A DNA stretch of 37,668 nt, taken from the NCBI GenBank assembly GCA_003990765.1, contig RBNJ01000184.1, positions 1 to 37,668 on the forward strand, in the 5' to 3' direction. The stretch comes from Jimgerdemannia flammicorona (lineage: Eukaryota). Of this stretch, positions 33,595 through 37,668 are shown piece after piece (within the stretch, counting starts at the first letter, position 1; each line of letters starts with the position of its first letter). A program made the position numbers and the translations under genes. A model generated the notes under the pieces. That model ran no database searches. It saw only the letters and a list, made by a program, of their open reading frames with translations, and was not told the DNA's origin.

Positions 33595-36500
33595 GCTCTC
33601 AAAGATTCCATACTATCCTCTAAACTGAAATTATCCACTGATATACTCTCCAATAGAAGACAGTCTCACCTTTATATCCAGGGTCCCCAGTTCTCCTTCC
33701 CCTCATTACCTCACTACTAGAGACCAATTTATCAAGTACTGTCAATTACTCTCTACCAGAATCTCCTATAGTATATCTTCTAGCTCTCCTTTAGTATCAC
33801 CAGAGAGAGTAAGTCACCAGATATACCATGAGGAGAGAACTGTACCTTCTATACTCTCTGTATAAGGAGTATCTACTTTTAACCTCTCAACTTACTAGCT
33901 CACTTTAGCCACCATACTCTTAAGTAGTATAGATGCTTGGTAAAGTCCACCAGATCTAGCTCTCTCTAATCTACTAGCAATATCATCATCTTCCATCCAA
34001 TCTGACTCTACTGCTCCACCTAAATCTACATTCTAGTCATCTTCAATAGTCTCTTGACTATCTATATTAGGAAGTCTAAGTAATACTCTAGATATTACAA
34101 CTTAGATAGTCAATATATATTTAACACTATCACTCTTCTAGCCAGAGAGATATATCAGCTACCTTATTTCAGAAGAGTACTGCCTCACTCAATCAGCTAC
34201 TACTCCTACTATTTCTGAGACAATAGGGAACTATATACTGAAAAGTAGATCTCTAGATATCAGACCATCTCTTCTGTTGGGGCAACTGTTCCAATCACAT
34301 CTCCTCCTACTATTTCTTTATCTAATACCAGAGTCTTATACTTATACCAGTTAAGCTTAGTATCTAAGCACCTCTCATACTATTCCACTATACCTTTCTG
34401 TACTGCCACATTCTCCACAGAGCTCAGCTCTACTACTATATTATCAGCAAAGGCACCCACCTTCTAGTTTACTCTCAGAATATTCAACCTCCCCACTCTA
34501 TATCTAATTCTGTCCAACAAAGGCTCCAGAGAGAGAGCATAAAGGATTAGTGATAGTGGGTCTCTCTGCAGCACTTCTCTGCTCAGGGGAAAAGACTCTC
34601 CCCTATATTCATTCACTATAATAGCTGTCTGACTCCTCTTCAACAAACTGATCAAAGATTGTCTAAACCCTTGGAAGATCTCTATATATTTCAGCACTCT
34701 CTCTAGCCACACTCACTGGACTCTATCATAGACCTCTTGGTCCAGAAATACTAGCCAACCATCTACTTCAGTAGTACATACTCTTTAAATAATATTGTAG
34801 ATCCATACTGTCTCATCTCTTATCAAATAACCCCCAACAAAGTCTCTCTGCTCTGCCCCCAATACTTGCTGAGCCACTCCTTACAATCTAGTCATCAAAA
34901 TCTTTGTAACCAACTTGTGATCTATATTCAGAAGCATGATCAGCCTCTAGTTCTTCCAATTCTCTCTTTTTTTCTAATTCTTATACAACAGAGCTACAAG
35001 ACCCAAGTGCTGCCTCCCAATCTAGGTCTCTGAGCCAATAATCTCATCATATATTTACATCATCTCCTTCAAAGCCACCTTCACCCCTACAATCCTCTTC
35101 TAGAAATTCCAAGGTAAACTATTCTCTTCTGGGATTATTCCAATACTCATCATCACTAATACCCTACAGATTTCCTCTCCTTAAACAGATACTCTAAGTT
35201 CACCTAAGCCCTCTGCTGAGTCTAGATATCAATCTATCAGATGGTATTCAATATCCAGTATATTCTCTCTCTCCTCCTTCTCACTTCTCAATTACTTTTA
35301 TTAGAAACTCAATTAGTCTAAGATCTCTGGAGTTCTGATCACTATCTCTTCTATCTCATCCAATACTCCTTTCCACTGCTGTCTTACTCTCCTTGTCTAA
35401 AGCAGACTTGATAAAAACTTCATAGATCTCTCCCCCTCCTCCAAGCCCTGCCACCTCAGCCAGATTACTATACTCTTGATCTGCAATTCCTCCTCCTGCC
35501 TAAGCAGCTCCTTCAGTTCTTCTACCTTCAGCTAAATATACTGAACCCTCCAATCTCTCTCCTCTCTATCATTTAGTAATTCCACTCACTTCTTCAATAG
35601 CTTCTCTAACCTCTGGGAAGCCCACCTTAAATAACTCCTCCTCTGAATACCCCTCCCCCTTCTTGCCTCTCTCCAGAACTACTAGATATCCAATTTCAAA
35701 TACTGCTAATAATCCTCAATCTCCAGCCCCTACACTCTCTAGCTAAAAATCCTGAAGCTAATGTCTACTACCCATACATCCCACAAAGAGAGTTCTTTTA
35801 GCAATGAAGTATTCAGATGCTAATGTCCAGACTCCTTCCTACTTCCTCTGAATCTTCTACAGTTTAGCAAACTCTAGTAATCTGATCATAAGTACCAAAC
35901 TGTCTCTAAAGAACTTCAGACATCTGCTCCCCAGTACTCAGCAGTCAAGATCCAGTCAATTCTTGAACTCAGCCCTACTATCTAGTGAGTATAGACCTTG
36001 TGTTCTCTCTACCCAAGATACCTATCATCTATCAGTAAGCCCAGTCTCTCAATCTCCTCCCAGTCTTCTATCTCTTTACTCCTACCAAACATCTCTCTCT
36101 CTCTATTAGTCCTGTCCAACTGTCCATCCTGTATTATATTAAAGTTGCTACCCAGATAGTTAATTCCTTCTGCTATCATTGTATCTATATCTTATAGTCC
36201 TCTTATCTACTCTAAGTGCTCCCTCCTCTCTACTGAGCAATACATAACCTAATAGTCAAGGGGCTCTAGCCTAGCTACCTCCACACTCTCCACACTACCC
36301 TGACTCCCTAATGTCCAATATTCTAATGTCTCTCTTGCTCTTTCTAATTAGAATACCCACCCAACTCTACTATATAGCTATTTCTCTCTATTCTCTTATT
36401 CAGTCTAGTATATCAAAGTTTACATTATATTCTATATCCTATAGTAAGAACAAATCTGCATCCAGCCCCTTTAATTAGCTGAAAATATTCTGACACCTCA

Positions 36501-37657
36501 CCTCACCCTATAGTCTATTGATATTCAAGAAGAAGATTCTAGTTATACTATTTATATTAAATAATGTTTAGAGAATAAACATCTACTCTACAATTCCATA
36601 CTCACTATATTACTAGCAACATCCAGATTTCTCTTTGCCTCAAGCTCATCTGTCTCTTCTTGCTGAGTATTCAGTACTTCCAAGATCTCCTAATAGTTCT
36701 CACCATCCACTACTTCTATATTAGACTGATACTTCTTGCACACTATCTGCTACTTTGTCAATCTCTTCCTAGAGCCCCACAGATATGATATACATACATT
36801 TACACTCACCAGAAGTACTGTTATCTATCTCATACTCCCCTACTTCTAGCAGGTCTGCTATTAGCTCATCTTCAAGCTTTTGTACCATCTCTTCATCTTA
36901 TAAGATCTCACCCCAGTGTCTCCCACTAATTATATAAAAATCAATCTCACCTAACTTATCTGCTACAACATTCATCAGTATCTTCTATAGTCATCTCTTA
37001 TCTCCAATAGTCTCATCAATACTAAGGACCATCTCCTGCCCTCCAATTCCCTGACTTCTCTCAGTATTCATTCTCACTAACTTATCTCAGACCTCCTCTA
37101 GTATATCCTGCAGCTCATTGAGTCCCCCCCCTCCTGTGGATATATTATACTATACTTGAGTCTTCTCTATTATCACCTCATTCTCAGCTACTATACTCTG
37201 CCTGGAGCCCCAGAGCTACTATAGGAGCCACTCTCTTCTCCTCTGTCCAAGTACTAGTCCTCAATCTAACTCCTTTAGCAGTATTCTCCCTCACCACCCT
37301 CCTGCTCAGATTTACCAATAAATCTTTCTGATACTGTCTTCCTTGTACTCTCTCTCAGACCATCTAATCTAGTTGCACTCTCTTGCTATTCACAATCTCT
37401 ACTACTATCTTAGCCTCAAACTCCTTCCAGGCCAGTTATCTCTTCTTTACTACTCTAGCCAAGTCTTTCAATACCTTTAGCAAGTCCTCTTTCTCCTCAG
37501 ACATCCTCTTTACTCTTAAGACCTTATACTCTACTGATCCTTACTTGAGTACTACTGATCAATTCCTTTTTTTCCCAATATTCTCCTTGCCTGAGCTTTA
37601 CTCTAATATCTATATTCCTAGTTCTGAACTTTACACCTTTCTAGACTCAGAACCCAA
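33595..37657 (-). mobile_element. LINE copy (part of ORF1, endonuclease, RT), 3'-truncated and interrupted at the window end
   Basis: ORF 34464-34712 (WLERVLKY...LQRDPLSLILYALSLEPLLDRI), KVGAFADNIVV (~34435-34465); colinear with the other LINE copies; no poly-A near 33595. Confidence 0.88.
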
Positions 37658-37668
37658 TTTTTTTTTTT
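37658..37668 (-). mobile_element. Possible poly-A tail of a further retroposon inserted in LINE ORF1
   Basis: An abrupt T run replaces the LINE sequence that continues in other copies (cf. 5765-5790); cut off by the window edge. Confidence 0.4.

Overview
Eukaryotic, most likely fungal, repeat-rich DNA. The gene family and TE types hint at Mucoromycota or another non-ascomycete; this is inference only. There is one intact, intronless, CpG-rich gene (7333-9270, N-terminal F-box-like motif), surrounded by nested transposon relics riddled with C>T/G>A changes. The relics are: an RT-less Ty3/Gypsy element; five copies or fragments of one L1/Tx1-like LINE family; a 398-bp foldback hAT MITE; and two ~6.1-6.4 kb copies of one hAT transposon inserted in opposite orientation into the same LINE, each with an 8-bp TSD. 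Main discovery: besides its BED/hATC transposase, this hAT element carries a second, convergent, apparently five-exon gene. Its last exon, rebuilt from both copies, encodes a 2OG-Fe(II) dioxygenase-like HxD...H core resembling TET/JBP-type enzymes, a candidate transposon-borne DNA-modification or anti-silencing system. Comparing the two copies also shows RIP-like CpA>TpA hypermutation on top of CpG decay. All alignments and translations were done by eye.
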